The translations under genes were made by a program, and so were the position numbers. Positions 1 to 9,348 of a stretch of 64,000 nt of DNA are shown piece by piece. Source of the stretch: a virus (Duplodnaviria; Caudoviricetes); the IMG/VR virus record IMGVR_UViG_3300032227_000993; one strand, given 5' to 3'. The notes below the pieces were generated by a model. The model searched no databases, was not told where the DNA came from, and worked only from the letters and a program-made list of their open reading frames with translations. Within the stretch, counting starts at the first letter, position 1; each line of letters opens with the position of its first letter.

Positions 1-199
1 CTTTAGCAACGCCTTTGTGTTTGCCTACCAATCGATCACAACTGGTGTAGTATTCTGCTTCAATAGATTCCGCAAACTTAATTACTTTTTCATCATCGGG
101 GATGACTCCCCACGCAATATAAAGATTATCTGCTTTGTACAAACGATTAAATTCTCGTTTGCCAGAAGTTAGTTTTTCAATGCGATCATGTAATATCAT
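1..199 (-). CDS. Hypothetical protein, partial (runs off window start)
   Basis: Manual translation from ATG at 199: MILHDRIEKLTSGKREFNRLYKADNLYIAWGVIPDDEKVIKF..., open to position 1; sigma70-type promoter directly upstream. Confidence 0.65.
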   Translation of the reverse strand, partial: MILHDRIEKLTSGKREFNRLYKADNLYIAWGVIPDDEKVIKFAESIEAEYYTSCDRLVGKHKGVAK

Positions 200-205
200 A
201 TTGTT

Positions 206-234
206 ATTGTATATGATATTTAGGTTGTTGTCAA
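206..234 (-). promoter_or_regulatory. Sigma70-type early promoter with nested late box
   Basis: TTGACA-N17-TACAAT on - strand, with TAAATA inside the spacer; ATG lies 6 nt after the -10 box. Confidence 0.75.
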
Positions 235-242
235 CAGTTTAG

Positions 243-270
243 AAATAAAAAGTGGGCATATAGCCCACTT
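243..270 (-). terminator. Intrinsic terminator
   Basis: AAGTGGGC-loop-GCCCACTT 8-bp stem (250-270) followed on - strand by TTTATTT. Confidence 0.75.
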
Positions 271-294
271 GGTGTTTGTTCAAAACAAATGATA

Positions 295-594
295 TTAAAC
301 TACTGTTTTAACAGTTTCAAAATTCATGCCAGTTTCAAGTTGATATTTTAAATAAAATGCTTTGATTTCTGTATCAAATTTATCAGTCTGCTCTTCGTCC
401 ACAATCATGGTATGATCGCCCCATTGTGTGACATGGCCTTGTTCTTTTAATTGATCATTTAGTGCGGTCTGGCGTTCTTTGGCCGCAGCAAATTTAGTTT
501 GATCTTCTGCTGATTGTGTTTTAATCCAATCTTCAATAGGTACAAAAGTTAATCCTTCTGGTGCTGTGTAACGATATTCAATTTGAATTGCCAT
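295..594 (-). CDS. Hypothetical protein
   Basis: 99-aa ORF with AGGAG SD and an upstream TAAATA box. Confidence 0.7.
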   Translation of the reverse strand: MAIQIEYRYTAPEGLTFVPIEDWIKTQSAEDQTKFAAAKERQTALNDQLKEQGHVTQWGDHTMIVDEEQTDKFDTEIKAFYLKYQLETGMNFETVKTVV

Positions 595-619
595 AATAAG
601 TCTCCTGCGTATGAGTTAT

Positions 620-1201
620 TTAGCTTATGATCTCAATATTCCTACAGTCAGGATAGTTTACCTGCTGATTTTGCGGCGCGATAGTAGGCAGCAATTTAGA
701 ACCTAATGCACATAGTTCCAAGGTTGGCGAATAGTGAAATCCCAATCCAAATTCTACCTGTTTATCCCACGGACTAATACGCAGATCTCGTCCATCGCTA
801 CGCCACTTAGACATGATATCATACGCTTCCGCATCATCTAACAATATGGCCCCAACTCTGCCCAAGTGCAAGGGTTTTGACCAGCCAAAACTCAAACACT
901 GCATTTGATCTGGTCTATACATACCGGGTTCTAATCTACGAGCACTATCCCAAATGCGTGTGCCGTGGAACTGATATTCACCGACCCATTGTTCTGACGT
1001 TAAAATATAATTAATCCTTAGATGATGCATTATCATAGGCACAGATAGATATGTAAATGCGCTGAATGCTGTTTGTTGTACACGGTCATAGCGCATACAC
1101 AGTTCGATAGCGTGGGTACAGCTATCAGTCAAGATCACATGGGGAGCACCTGTGTAATCTGCCAAGTCTTGTTCAAATTTAAATAATGCGTCAAAGCTCA
1201 T
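620..1201 (-). CDS. Short DegT/DnrJ/EryC1/StrS-like PLP sugar aminotransferase
   Basis: TDSCTHAIEL, WDSA and CLSFGWSKPLHLGRVGAIL resemble the DegT-family SF..xK PLP-lysine region; only 193 aa. Confidence 0.75.
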   Translation of the reverse strand: MSFDALFKFEQDLADYTGAPHVILTDSCTHAIELCMRYDRVQQTAFSAFTYLSVPMIMHHLRINYILTSEQWVGEYQFHGTRIWDSARRLEPGMYRPDQMQCLSFGWSKPLHLGRVGAILLDDAEAYDIMSKWRSDGRDLRISPWDKQVEFGLGFHYSPTLELCALGSKLLPTIAPQNQQVNYPDCRNIEIIS

Positions 1202-2151
1202 TTAGTGTACCATTTCCAAGCATGAGTAATCATATCTTCTAAATTGTATTTAGGCGCCCATCCAGTGACTTGAACAAACTTACCGGGGTCAGCTGTCAGC
1301 ATGGCTGGGTCACCTTCGCGTTTTCCGCCTACACTTAGGTTAACACGTTGGCCTGTGACTTTTTCAGCCAACCTGACAATTTCTAAATTACTGGCACCGG
1401 TCTTGGTTCCTAAATTGTAAACGCCGCTGGTCACAGCAACATCGATAGCACGAGCGTGAGCATCTGCTATGTCATCAACATGAATGTAGTCTCGAACACA
1501 AGTGCCATCTTCTGTTTCGTAGTCGTTGCCGTAGATTAAAAAGTCTGAGTTATCACGGATACTTTCTAGCACACGAGCAATGATATGTGTAGCGTTGGGT
1601 TCTTGTCCGTGTCGCACTTGTGGATCAGCACTACAGGCGTTGAAGAAACGAAACGCCACATACTCTATGCCGTAGGCTCGATGATACGCTGCCAATGCCC
1701 ACTCAATAAACAGTTTACTTTGTCCGTACGGACTGATAGGTTCTGCTGGGTCAATTTCTTGGCAAGGAACCATGATAGGGTTGCCATAGGTAGAAGCTGA
1801 CGAACTAAAAATAATTTTAGGTTTCCAAAAAAACTTATCTTTGATTTTATCAAGCAAGCGAACAGTTTTTAATACATTGTTATTGTAGTACAACTGTGGA
1901 TCAGTCACAGATGGACCAACCAGCGAAGTTCCAGCGCAATGAATAATGGCATCAGGCTTGCCCTCCATCATTAGCTTGTCAAATGCTTCGCTGTCAAAAT
2001 CACATTGTTCAAACCAATCAAACTTGCCTTCCAAGTGAGCAGGCAACGGACGTGTATCTACTCCAATGACCTGACGCCCTTGATCTTTTAGTTTGACAGC
2101 AACTTGGCCGCCAATGTAACCACTAATACCTGTGACAATAATGATACTCAT
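1198..2151 (-). CDS. galE: UDP-glucose 4-epimerase
   Basis: TGISGYIG Rossmann motif, FSSSA, YGQSK catalytic motif, RFFNA, DGTCVRDYIHVDDIA. Confidence 0.92.
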   Translation of the reverse strand: MSIIIVTGISGYIGGQVAVKLKDQGRQVIGVDTRPLPAHLEGKFDWFEQCDFDSEAFDKLMMEGKPDAIIHCAGTSLVGPSVTDPQLYYNNNVLKTVRLLDKIKDKFFWKPKIIFSSSASTYGNPIMVPCQEIDPAEPISPYGQSKLFIEWALAAYHRAYGIEYVAFRFFNACSADPQVRHGQEPNATHIIARVLESIRDNSDFLIYGNDYETEDGTCVRDYIHVDDIADAHARAIDVAVTSGVYNLGTKTGASNLEIVRLAEKVTGQRVNLSVGGKREGDPAMLTADPGKFVQVTGWAPKYNLEDMITHAWKWYTK

Positions 2152-3329
2152 TAATATTTGGCCTTTACTACATGATCACGATAACGATTACCAGCGCGAT
2201 TCCATTGTTCGCCACGACCCTCCAAGATATCTATTACACGATCAATGGTGCTGTTGTTCCAGTCACTGATTAGGCCCATGTTCTTATGTGGTTCTGCTAA
2301 AAGATTGTTTAACTTGGCGCTGGCGTCTTCTAATGACCAAGGAATGTAAAGACGTTCAGGGTCATTAGCAAAAGTTTCAGGGAAACTACGATAAGCAGGA
2401 TATAACACGTTACAACCAAGAGTATCGGCTTCAGATACTGTGTTAGATACCCAATCCTGTAAAGCACAATTAAAAAGCACACGGCTATCGTTGACCAAAG
2501 AATAATATTCATTTTTATTTAAGTTTTCGTGGATTTGCAATGCGCCTTCGTCACTCATCTTACGAGCACGTTTTACATATTCTGGATTGTTACTACGCAA
2601 TGGTCCACCTGAGAAAATAGCAAAGCTAACATCCTTATAGGCCTTTTGGTATTCTTCAGCCAGGTCCATAAAGAATCCAGGCTGTTTCTCTTGATCAAAC
2701 CTTGCGGCAAATGCCACACGCTTTTGTCTTTGATCAAATGGCCTGATGTTTGTAATACCACCAATACGTTCCAACACTTCCTCTTTGCCAAATGCCAGTC
2801 CACTGATATTGTAGATTGGAGCAGTCCAACCAGCGATACGCATATGAGCTACCATTTCTTCGTTGGTAGCAAGCACACCAGTTACAAACTCATTAACCAT
2901 CTTTTCATACGTTGCCATCCAACCAGCCATACCCCATACATGAACAAAATCGTCAGGATCGATGGCCTGAGCAAGACAACGTACAAAAATACGGGGACGC
3001 AAATTAGCAGGGACTTGATCAAGAATGTAAGGTAAGCTCTCGATACCGGGCTGAAACATATCTTCAAAGTAGATAACATCTTCATCAGTGACTTCTCCAT
3101 TGCGCATCATTTGTACCAGGTTCATCATTTGGCTCATACCGAAGTAACTGCGACCATGTGCGTCTAGCACTTGCCCTACTGAAATAGTTTGTGTGTTATC
3201 GATAGTAGAACCCGGAACATAAACTACTTCTAATCCACGACGATCAAACACACGTCGATTCCATTCAGTGAGTTGTAGAGTGTAGCGAGCCTCATATGAT
3301 TCAAGGCCCATGTAAAATAGTTTACGCAT
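2151..3329 (-). CDS. GT-B (GT4-like) glycosyltransferase
   Basis: FAARFDQEKQP and LQDWVSNTVSEA (E-x7-E-like region); start moved to MRKLF at 3329, which overlaps the upstream stop. Confidence 0.75.
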   Translation of the reverse strand: MRKLFYMGLESYEARYTLQLTEWNRRVFDRRGLEVVYVPGSTIDNTQTISVGQVLDAHGRSYFGMSQMMNLVQMMRNGEVTDEDVIYFEDMFQPGIESLPYILDQVPANLRPRIFVRCLAQAIDPDDFVHVWGMAGWMATYEKMVNEFVTGVLATNEEMVAHMRIAGWTAPIYNISGLAFGKEEVLERIGGITNIRPFDQRQKRVAFAARFDQEKQPGFFMDLAEEYQKAYKDVSFAIFSGGPLRSNNPEYVKRARKMSDEGALQIHENLNKNEYYSLVNDSRVLFNCALQDWVSNTVSEADTLGCNVLYPAYRSFPETFANDPERLYIPWSLEDASAKLNNLLAEPHKNMGLISDWNNSTIDRVIDILEGRGEQWNRAGNRYRDHVVKAKY

Positions 3330-3552
3330 GGCGACGATATCCGGAGAATCTGCGGGCATCTTCTTCCCACATATTCTTTACGTTTTTGCCTTGTACAAAC
3401 TTGTTGTACTGTTGCCAAGCGTATGCTTTAAAGTTGTAAAGATCATTCTCGTTGTAGCGATATCCGTGTTCTACACAAAATTCTAAGAACTTTGCAAGGT
3501 CATCATGAACAGCTAACGCACGAGGGCTTGGTTTGTAATGGACTTTACCCAT
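3322..3552 (-). CDS. Hypothetical protein
   Basis: Start MGKVHY at 3552 with upstream AAGGAA; stop overlaps the glycosyltransferase start. Confidence 0.65.
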   Translation of the reverse strand: MGKVHYKPSPRALAVHDDLAKFLEFCVEHGYRYNENDLYNFKAYAWQQYNKFVQGKNVKNMWEEDARRFSGYRRHA

Positions 3553-3562
3553 TTTATTTCCT

Positions 3563-4033
3563 TTAATATTTAATACTAAGATTAGGGCGAGAAAGTTCAT
3601 ACTTAATGAGGCAACCGTTCTCACCATCTTCGGCCACATCAATCCACACAGCTCGCTCAGGATATCTGGCGGCTATCTGATCATACAAGTCATCTGCTAT
3701 CATTTCGCAGGACTTAAAATCTAATTCTAAAACGGAATTCGAATCACTTCTGTGACTGGTATAGAGATTCTCGAGCCAGCGTTTGAACTGGATGAATTCG
3801 ATATCTCTGTCATTGTGGAAGACATCGATCCACACCCGGAAGTGGAAAATATGGCGATGAGGATTAGCAAGGAACGATACATCATATTCATCTCCTGTGG
3901 CCAAGTTTGGGTCTGTAGCGGCCGCAGGGTATTTATGTATACCTTCTCGGCGGAATGTAACCCAAATCTTACGTTCTGCGTTTTCTTTAATACGTTGTGC
4001 TTGTTCTACCAATGCTTGTTTTCGTTGTTCCAT
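3563..4033 (-). CDS. QueD-like T-fold protein (possible DpdL type)
   Basis: FLANPHRHIFHF (LxxxHRHxF) metal-binding motif and SCEMIA; TAATG coupling at 4033. Confidence 0.7.
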   Translation of the reverse strand: MEQRKQALVEQAQRIKENAERKIWVTFRREGIHKYPAAATDPNLATGDEYDVSFLANPHRHIFHFRVWIDVFHNDRDIEFIQFKRWLENLYTSHRSDSNSVLELDFKSCEMIADDLYDQIAARYPERAVWIDVAEDGENGCLIKYELSRPNLSIKY

Positions 4034-4326
4034 TATTGTTTCCAAAGTTCCATTGCTACGATTTTACCAATTGTTTCTGCTACATCTTCACCGTCGGCAA
4101 TAATATGTGTAGAGTTAGCATGGCAATCATTTACGTGATCATATTTACGAAGTTGTACAATAGTACCGCCCTGTGCTGGCATAACATTGAATGTTAGTCC
4201 TTCAATATCAACCGTTGGTCTTTTTATTGATGCAACAGAAATAGTGTCAAAATCATTACGTTCTACACTTACATAACCGGCACCAAGCCAATTAAAAATG
4301 TTAAGGCGCCACTGCCTTGGTATCAT
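4033..4326 (-). CDS. Hypothetical protein
   Basis: 97-aa ORF overlapping both neighbours. Confidence 0.65.
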   Translation of the reverse strand: MIPRQWRLNIFNWLGAGYVSVERNDFDTISVASIKRPTVDIEGLTFNVMPAQGGTIVQLRKYDHVNDCHANSTHIIADGEDVAETIGKIVAMELWKQ

Positions 4327-4841
4327 TTGATTACCTCGTCTTTGGTGTATTTAGACCAGTCGGTGAATACCTCACGCTTTTGTAAATCATGTAGGCTGTG
4401 GCACCATACGCCCGGGTTTGTTGCGGCAAAATCTCTATCATCAATTTTAAGAGTGGCATTGTATCCAAATTGTCGAATGTAGGGAAGTTTAACACTAATC
4501 ATTGGAATAAAGTTATCAAACTCTACCAATGAAGATTCAAGCAGGCCTTCTGCTTGTGCTACATCTAAATCAAGTGTGCAGTAGTTTGGAATTTTTTCTA
4601 AACAGGCCTTGACCATCCACTCCCACTCACACCAACCATCACCGTCGTTAATGTCCAATGCTGGAAAACTTTGATTGGCACCAAAATAAATGTGTTCACA
4701 GTTGTTGTTGGCAAATTCTTGCAAAATAATTTGTGGATCTTGTACACCTACAACAAACAATGTACGCAGGCCAAATGCCGCTGTGTGTTCAACTTCAGTA
4801 CCAATAAAAAACGATACGTCAGTGTGTCCATCTCTATTCAT
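4323..4841 (-). CDS. Hypothetical protein in the dpdA cluster
   Basis: 172-aa ORF with GTEVEHT and HIYFGANQSF; ATGA-coupled on both sides. Confidence 0.75.
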   Translation of the reverse strand: MNRDGHTDVSFFIGTEVEHTAAFGLRTLFVVGVQDPQIILQEFANNNCEHIYFGANQSFPALDINDGDGWCEWEWMVKACLEKIPNYCTLDLDVAQAEGLLESSLVEFDNFIPMISVKLPYIRQFGYNATLKIDDRDFAATNPGVWCHSLHDLQKREVFTDWSKYTKDEVIK

Positions 4842-5038
4842 TTTTTTTCCGTTTTGTAAACAGGTTCGTTGTATTCTTGTATAAGTGTAACAAGTTCTGT
4901 CTTAACTCGCAACCTTTGCTTCTTCAAATCAGTTATTTCGACATCGTCAAATACTCCAGTACTTTCCAAACCGTCAATCTTTTTATCTAAACGGTGATGT
5001 TCTTCTTCTAAATGTTTAATACGATTTTTTACAGACAT
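4838..5038 (-). CDS. DUF465/YdcH-like small coiled-coil protein
   Basis: RIKHLEEEHHRLDKKI...LKKQRLRVK pattern. Confidence 0.65.
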   Translation of the reverse strand: MSVKNRIKHLEEEHHRLDKKIDGLESTGVFDDVEITDLKKQRLRVKTELVTLIQEYNEPVYKTEKK

Positions 5039-5040
5039 TT

Positions 5041-6591
5041 TTACGCCTCCAGTTGGTCAAGTTTATTTGGGTCAAGTTCTACATCGTCGCCGTCTACACC
5101 ATCTTCGACTTCTTCTACATCAAACAAGGTATTGAACATGGCACGAGCATTAACAGTCTTTTTACCTTTAAAGCCACGTGTACCGATGATGTCCATCCAA
5201 TAACGATTGTAGTGTTCAATAATAGCTTCTGCTTCCGCGCGATCCGGTGTGGCAAAGATCGCATTTACAATATCTTTAAACTTGGCATGATCGCCGTTTT
5301 GATTCCACATCATAGCAGGCCAAGTACCAGCGTCGTATTCGCGATTGGCACGTTGTACTGCTTCCAAGTGCATCCACACATTATGGCCCATAAGCAACGC
5401 ATAACTAAACGAATCCCAACTGGTCTTGCCTTCCTTACCGATCTTATTTAGGTCACCTGGCTTGTAGATACAGATATCTTTCATCTTTAGGTGTCGACTA
5501 ATCGGCGACTCATCAAAGTGTCCAATTAGGCCATCTGCGATAACAGCCGGACCAAACTGTCGCGGGTCAGTGGAGTATTTTTTATCATCCACAATAGGAC
5601 TCATACGATAGCACCACTTTTCGTTGTGTGGTAAATCAATGTGATGATACACCTGTCCGTTAGCTGTGGCCAAGAATGGACTAGCACAATCAAAGCTGAT
5701 GGTAAAAGCAGGGTTAACATACTTACGAACAGCACGTTGGACGTCTGTTAATAACACAGCCCACTCTAACTTACTTGTGCCCAAGAAGTGCATCCAATCG
5801 TGTACACCCTCCTGTAACAAGTTATCATAACGTAGTGCCACTAAGCGTTTAAGAACCAAGTGTATGTCGCACATATTCTGACCACCCATACTCCAGCCAT
5901 TAAAGTGTGTATCCGGATACTTGACAGGATCACAATAGTCCTTCATCAAGTCATACCACCGATCGGCTTCTGCGTGATTACTGCCTTGTAACACGTTTAA
6001 GAACTTGGCGCCACCATTCTTGACACCCTTGCGATTGGCCATGAAGTAATCATTGTTGTACTTGGTAGCGTCAACGGCTTCTTGGTATGTGGTGATAGCA
6101 CAAGCTGCGCTGGCCTTTTTATCATGTATGACCCAGGTTGGAATATCAAGAATCATGCCGTAGTCGGCCACTCCGTCCATCCACTTGAGCACAGCATCAC
6201 GTTTCTTCTGCGCCTTGGGACAACCGCTACCAGCTTTCCAGTCACCTTCCCACAAGCCCTTGGCAATCTGAAATCCACCCGAGTCGCCCAAGATAAAAGA
6301 ACCAGGATCACGATTGCGAACCATGTCTTCAGACCAGTCCTGCTTGTTAAGGTCCAAGTTGGCATGACCGCCCGAGTACAGGCTCCACCGGTAAGGAAAC
6401 AGGCCCTTCTGAGGATCAAGCCAATTCATCATTTCCATGTCCTGTATGCCTGCAGGCAAGCGAGCAGGATCTACATAAGGACCATTCACAGGATCACGTT
6501 GTTTACCAATAAAGGTAGCATAGAATCCGCTAATAGCTGGAAGGAATACAGCGTAGTCTTTTTGTTTTGCTGTTAAGTTATCTTGAGTCAT
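5041..6591 (-). CDS. dpdA: TGT-like transglycosylase, probable DNA 7-deazaguanine inserter (DpdA family)
   Basis: ILGDSGGFQ guanine-binding motif, HFLG, and ISFDCASP matching the TGT nucleophile motif (MFDCVxP); QueD-like gene nearby. Confidence 0.8.
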   Translation of the reverse strand: MTQDNLTAKQKDYAVFLPAISGFYATFIGKQRDPVNGPYVDPARLPAGIQDMEMMNWLDPQKGLFPYRWSLYSGGHANLDLNKQDWSEDMVRNRDPGSFILGDSGGFQIAKGLWEGDWKAGSGCPKAQKKRDAVLKWMDGVADYGMILDIPTWVIHDKKASAACAITTYQEAVDATKYNNDYFMANRKGVKNGGAKFLNVLQGSNHAEADRWYDLMKDYCDPVKYPDTHFNGWSMGGQNMCDIHLVLKRLVALRYDNLLQEGVHDWMHFLGTSKLEWAVLLTDVQRAVRKYVNPAFTISFDCASPFLATANGQVYHHIDLPHNEKWCYRMSPIVDDKKYSTDPRQFGPAVIADGLIGHFDESPISRHLKMKDICIYKPGDLNKIGKEGKTSWDSFSYALLMGHNVWMHLEAVQRANREYDAGTWPAMMWNQNGDHAKFKDIVNAIFATPDRAEAEAIIEHYNRYWMDIIGTRGFKGKKTVNARAMFNTLFDVEEVEDGVDGDDVELDPNKLDQLEA

Positions 6592-7664
6592 ACTAAATTG
6601 TTTATAATCGGATGGAAGTTTGTATTATTGTACATGGTTTTACATTTTTTTACAAGGGCAATACATTCTAAATGATCAGTATGAGCTGGATCTAAAATAT
6701 TGTTATCGTCAAAGCTACCATTTTCTATTGTAAATTTATCTGACGTGGACGGCAGTTTTCCAAACCTACTCCAAGTAGCCCAGTCATCGAGCGGAACTAC
6801 TTCGCCCGCAAATCCGTATTGTTCACATAGGTTAATGAAGTTTGGTAAGTCTCGCCAGTTGTTTCTTTGTAACACAAAACTTAACACCACGCGAGTCCCA
6901 CTGGTATTTTCTTTGAGCCAATTTAAATTGTCTATTAGAACACTGAACTTGCCTGGGCGACGCACTACTTCGTAAACTTCTGCAGTACCGGCATCAATAC
7001 TAATCTTGTAGCTGGTCACATTTGATAACACTGGAGCGTCTGCCAATACTTTTTTAATTAAAAGACCGTTAGTAAAAATAGTAAATGTCTGTGTAGATTT
7101 AGGCTGCCACTTTTTTAGCAAAGGACGCATAATATGACTGGCTAAACAATCTCCGTTACCGCTGGTGGTAATGTGGATAGGCTTATCGTATTTTTCTAAC
7201 CACTCAAGTATGCGCTCAACACTTTTGATACGCTCGTCGTAAATGGGGCCTTCGCTGTACAAGTATTGTTCTCTACGGCAACTGGGGCAAGCTAAATTAC
7301 AACTATCATCAATGTTAATACTAAGCTGAGTACGATCATAACTGATGTTCTTGTTAATAACATCACAATGCTTGACAGCACAGTATGTAAACTTTTTATC
7401 AGTTACATCTTGTTGTAACGCAAGAGCACGTTCATTATTAAAAACATCTTCGATACTATCAAAGTCAGTTACCTTACCTACAGGAATAGGAAGCCAAGCA
7501 TCGCAGATACAAAGATTACAATCACTATCTTTATCAACAGTAATGTACTGATATGGTACTGTACAACTGCCTTTGATAGGGCCGTCGTAGTCTTTACCAC
7601 GCGGACGATTATTAAATGTCCACCAGTCTCGGACGCTGACTTCAAACGGTCCTATTTTTGACAT
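6588..7664 (-). CDS. Radical SAM protein
   Basis: CNLACPSC (CxxxCxxC), SGNGD, ISIDAGT, extra N-terminal Cys cluster. Confidence 0.85.
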   Translation of the reverse strand: MSKIGPFEVSVRDWWTFNNRPRGKDYDGPIKGSCTVPYQYITVDKDSDCNLCICDAWLPIPVGKVTDFDSIEDVFNNERALALQQDVTDKKFTYCAVKHCDVINKNISYDRTQLSINIDDSCNLACPSCRREQYLYSEGPIYDERIKSVERILEWLEKYDKPIHITTSGNGDCLASHIMRPLLKKWQPKSTQTFTIFTNGLLIKKVLADAPVLSNVTSYKISIDAGTAEVYEVVRRPGKFSVLIDNLNWLKENTSGTRVVLSFVLQRNNWRDLPNFINLCEQYGFAGEVVPLDDWATWSRFGKLPSTSDKFTIENGSFDDNNILDPAHTDHLECIALVKKCKTMYNNTNFHPIINNLV

Positions 7665-8386
7665 TATTTGCTTTGGGCTGGAAGAATAAAGTTGTAAGTA
7701 GCAAGTCCTGAATCAACAGTAATCATTGCCGCGCCATCATCACTAATCTTCATTACTTTGTCGCCATACAAATCAAGAATACTGATTACAGTCTTGATTG
7801 GCCAGGACCAAGCACGTTTTAATTGACCTTGTACGCTGGGTTGGAAAACAAAGTTACCCGAGTGTGTGCTATGATCGCCAAACACAAACTTCAAGTCACC
7901 GTTTTCAGTTTTGGCCTGGAACGTAGTTTCTTCTATGTTGGCCTGTGCCTGCATCTTTAAACGCTGAATAGCCGCCGCTGTGGGTTCAAATTCAATGCCC
8001 CAGTTGGCACCTTTAAACTTGACAGTCTTGAGTTTTTCGTTGACAATCTCACTTGCCATAAAGCGATAGTTGTTTTTAAAGTCACCTGCTTTGTTTTCAA
8101 AGTTAATGCCATCTGGAGCACCAGTATCCTTACGTGTGATATTTAACTTGGCATCTTCTTTGTATTCTTGTAAGTTTAACAAAACCTTGAGCTTGCTTAA
8201 GTTTGGCATACCAAACGTACCAACAAAGTCAGCAACAGGGTTAGCAAACGTACCCTCGACTACAACACTACGATCCTCGGCTAATCCAGAGATTGTAGTT
8301 TCTTTATCAGAGCCAGTGATTTTTACCAAATCAATAACACCCAAATCGAAAGTATGAGACACTAAGTCTAAGAGATGATCACGCAT
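7664..8386 (-). CDS. Sliding clamp (gp45-like processivity factor)
   Basis: 240 aa, close to the polymerase gene, GTFGMPNLSKL and NYRFM segments typical of phage clamps; clamp loader present in the window. Confidence 0.6.
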   Translation of the reverse strand: MRDHLLDLVSHTFDLGVIDLVKITGSDKETTISGLAEDRSVVVEGTFANPVADFVGTFGMPNLSKLKVLLNLQEYKEDAKLNITRKDTGAPDGINFENKAGDFKNNYRFMASEIVNEKLKTVKFKGANWGIEFEPTAAAIQRLKMQAQANIEETTFQAKTENGDLKFVFGDHSTHSGNFVFQPSVQGQLKRAWSWPIKTVISILDLYGDKVMKISDDGAAMITVDSGLATYNFILPAQSK

Positions 8387-8413
8387 TTTATTTCCTTTAT
8401 GTAAGTATTTGTT

Positions 8414-8442
8414 AGTATAACAGAGTTATTTAGAATTTACAA
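8414..8442 (-). promoter_or_regulatory. Sigma70-type promoter with nested late box
   Basis: TTGTAA-N17-TATACT with TAAATA at 8427-8432 in the spacer. Confidence 0.65.
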
Positions 8443-9348
8443 CTATTTCGGCAATATTTTTGCCAACGACTGCCCACCTTTGATTGAAGTAAGTTTGCCA
8501 GGTTTTCTAAGTTCTAACCAAGTGGTGGGTCCTTCATCATTCCAGGAGAATTCAATTTGGTATCCAATACTGACAGCAAGGTCACGCAATAGATATCCTG
8601 GAGTGTAACAACAAAAATAATGCTCAACCAAAATAACAGCCGACGCTCGGTCACAATCATTAAAGGTTAATATCAGCACACCACCTGGTTTAAGTTTAGC
8701 ATAAATTTCAGTAAGATATTGCTTAATAATTTCAAACGGTCTAAAATTAAAATAATTGTAAGCAAACACCAATCCAAATTGATTATCGGGCAGGGCTTGG
8801 AGAATATTTTCACTTTCCTCCTTGACCACATATTTTCTTAATCTACGTTGATACACATCTGAAAATTTATCAGTGATTGTTTCTAAAAATTCATGATTGA
8901 TATCAGCCACATACAAAGGATCAGCCCCAACCATATCGTCGATAAAAGTTTCTTTACCAGGTCGGATAATTAATCCAGCATAATGCCAACTGACATATCT
9001 TAACAAGCGAGCTTTAAACATACTGATATCATTAAATTTGGTCGATATCCGCATATTAAAAATAGTTTCAGCAGTAGAGTTGAGTTCACCATTGTACAAA
9101 TCATAACTTTTGGCAAACCATGGTTTTTCGGCCACTACAATTTGATTTTTAAGATCTTGTTTTACTTGATCAAGCGTGGTATTAAACGTATCAAATAGAC
9201 TATTGATATTTGTTAATTGATCGCCGAGAGTGTTGCTGTTGGTTAGATGTGTGATTTTACTCAGCTCTACATTAACTGTGGTTTGAGCCAGCTCAGTAGA
9301 TAATTTATCTAATTCGTTTTTGTAATTAATAAGATCGCTTAGTTTCAT
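8443..9348 (-). CDS. Class I SAM-dependent methyltransferase-like protein with N-terminal coiled coil
   Basis: LIIRPG, LYVADI, FGLVFAYNYFNF and KLKPGGVLILT. Confidence 0.65.
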   Translation of the reverse strand: MKLSDLINYKNELDKLSTELAQTTVNVELSKITHLTNSNTLGDQLTNINSLFDTFNTTLDQVKQDLKNQIVVAEKPWFAKSYDLYNGELNSTAETIFNMRISTKFNDISMFKARLLRYVSWHYAGLIIRPGKETFIDDMVGADPLYVADINHEFLETITDKFSDVYQRRLRKYVVKEESENILQALPDNQFGLVFAYNYFNFRPFEIIKQYLTEIYAKLKPGGVLILTFNDCDRASAVILVEHYFCCYTPGYLLRDLAVSIGYQIEFSWNDEGPTTWLELRKPGKLTSIKGGQSLAKILPK

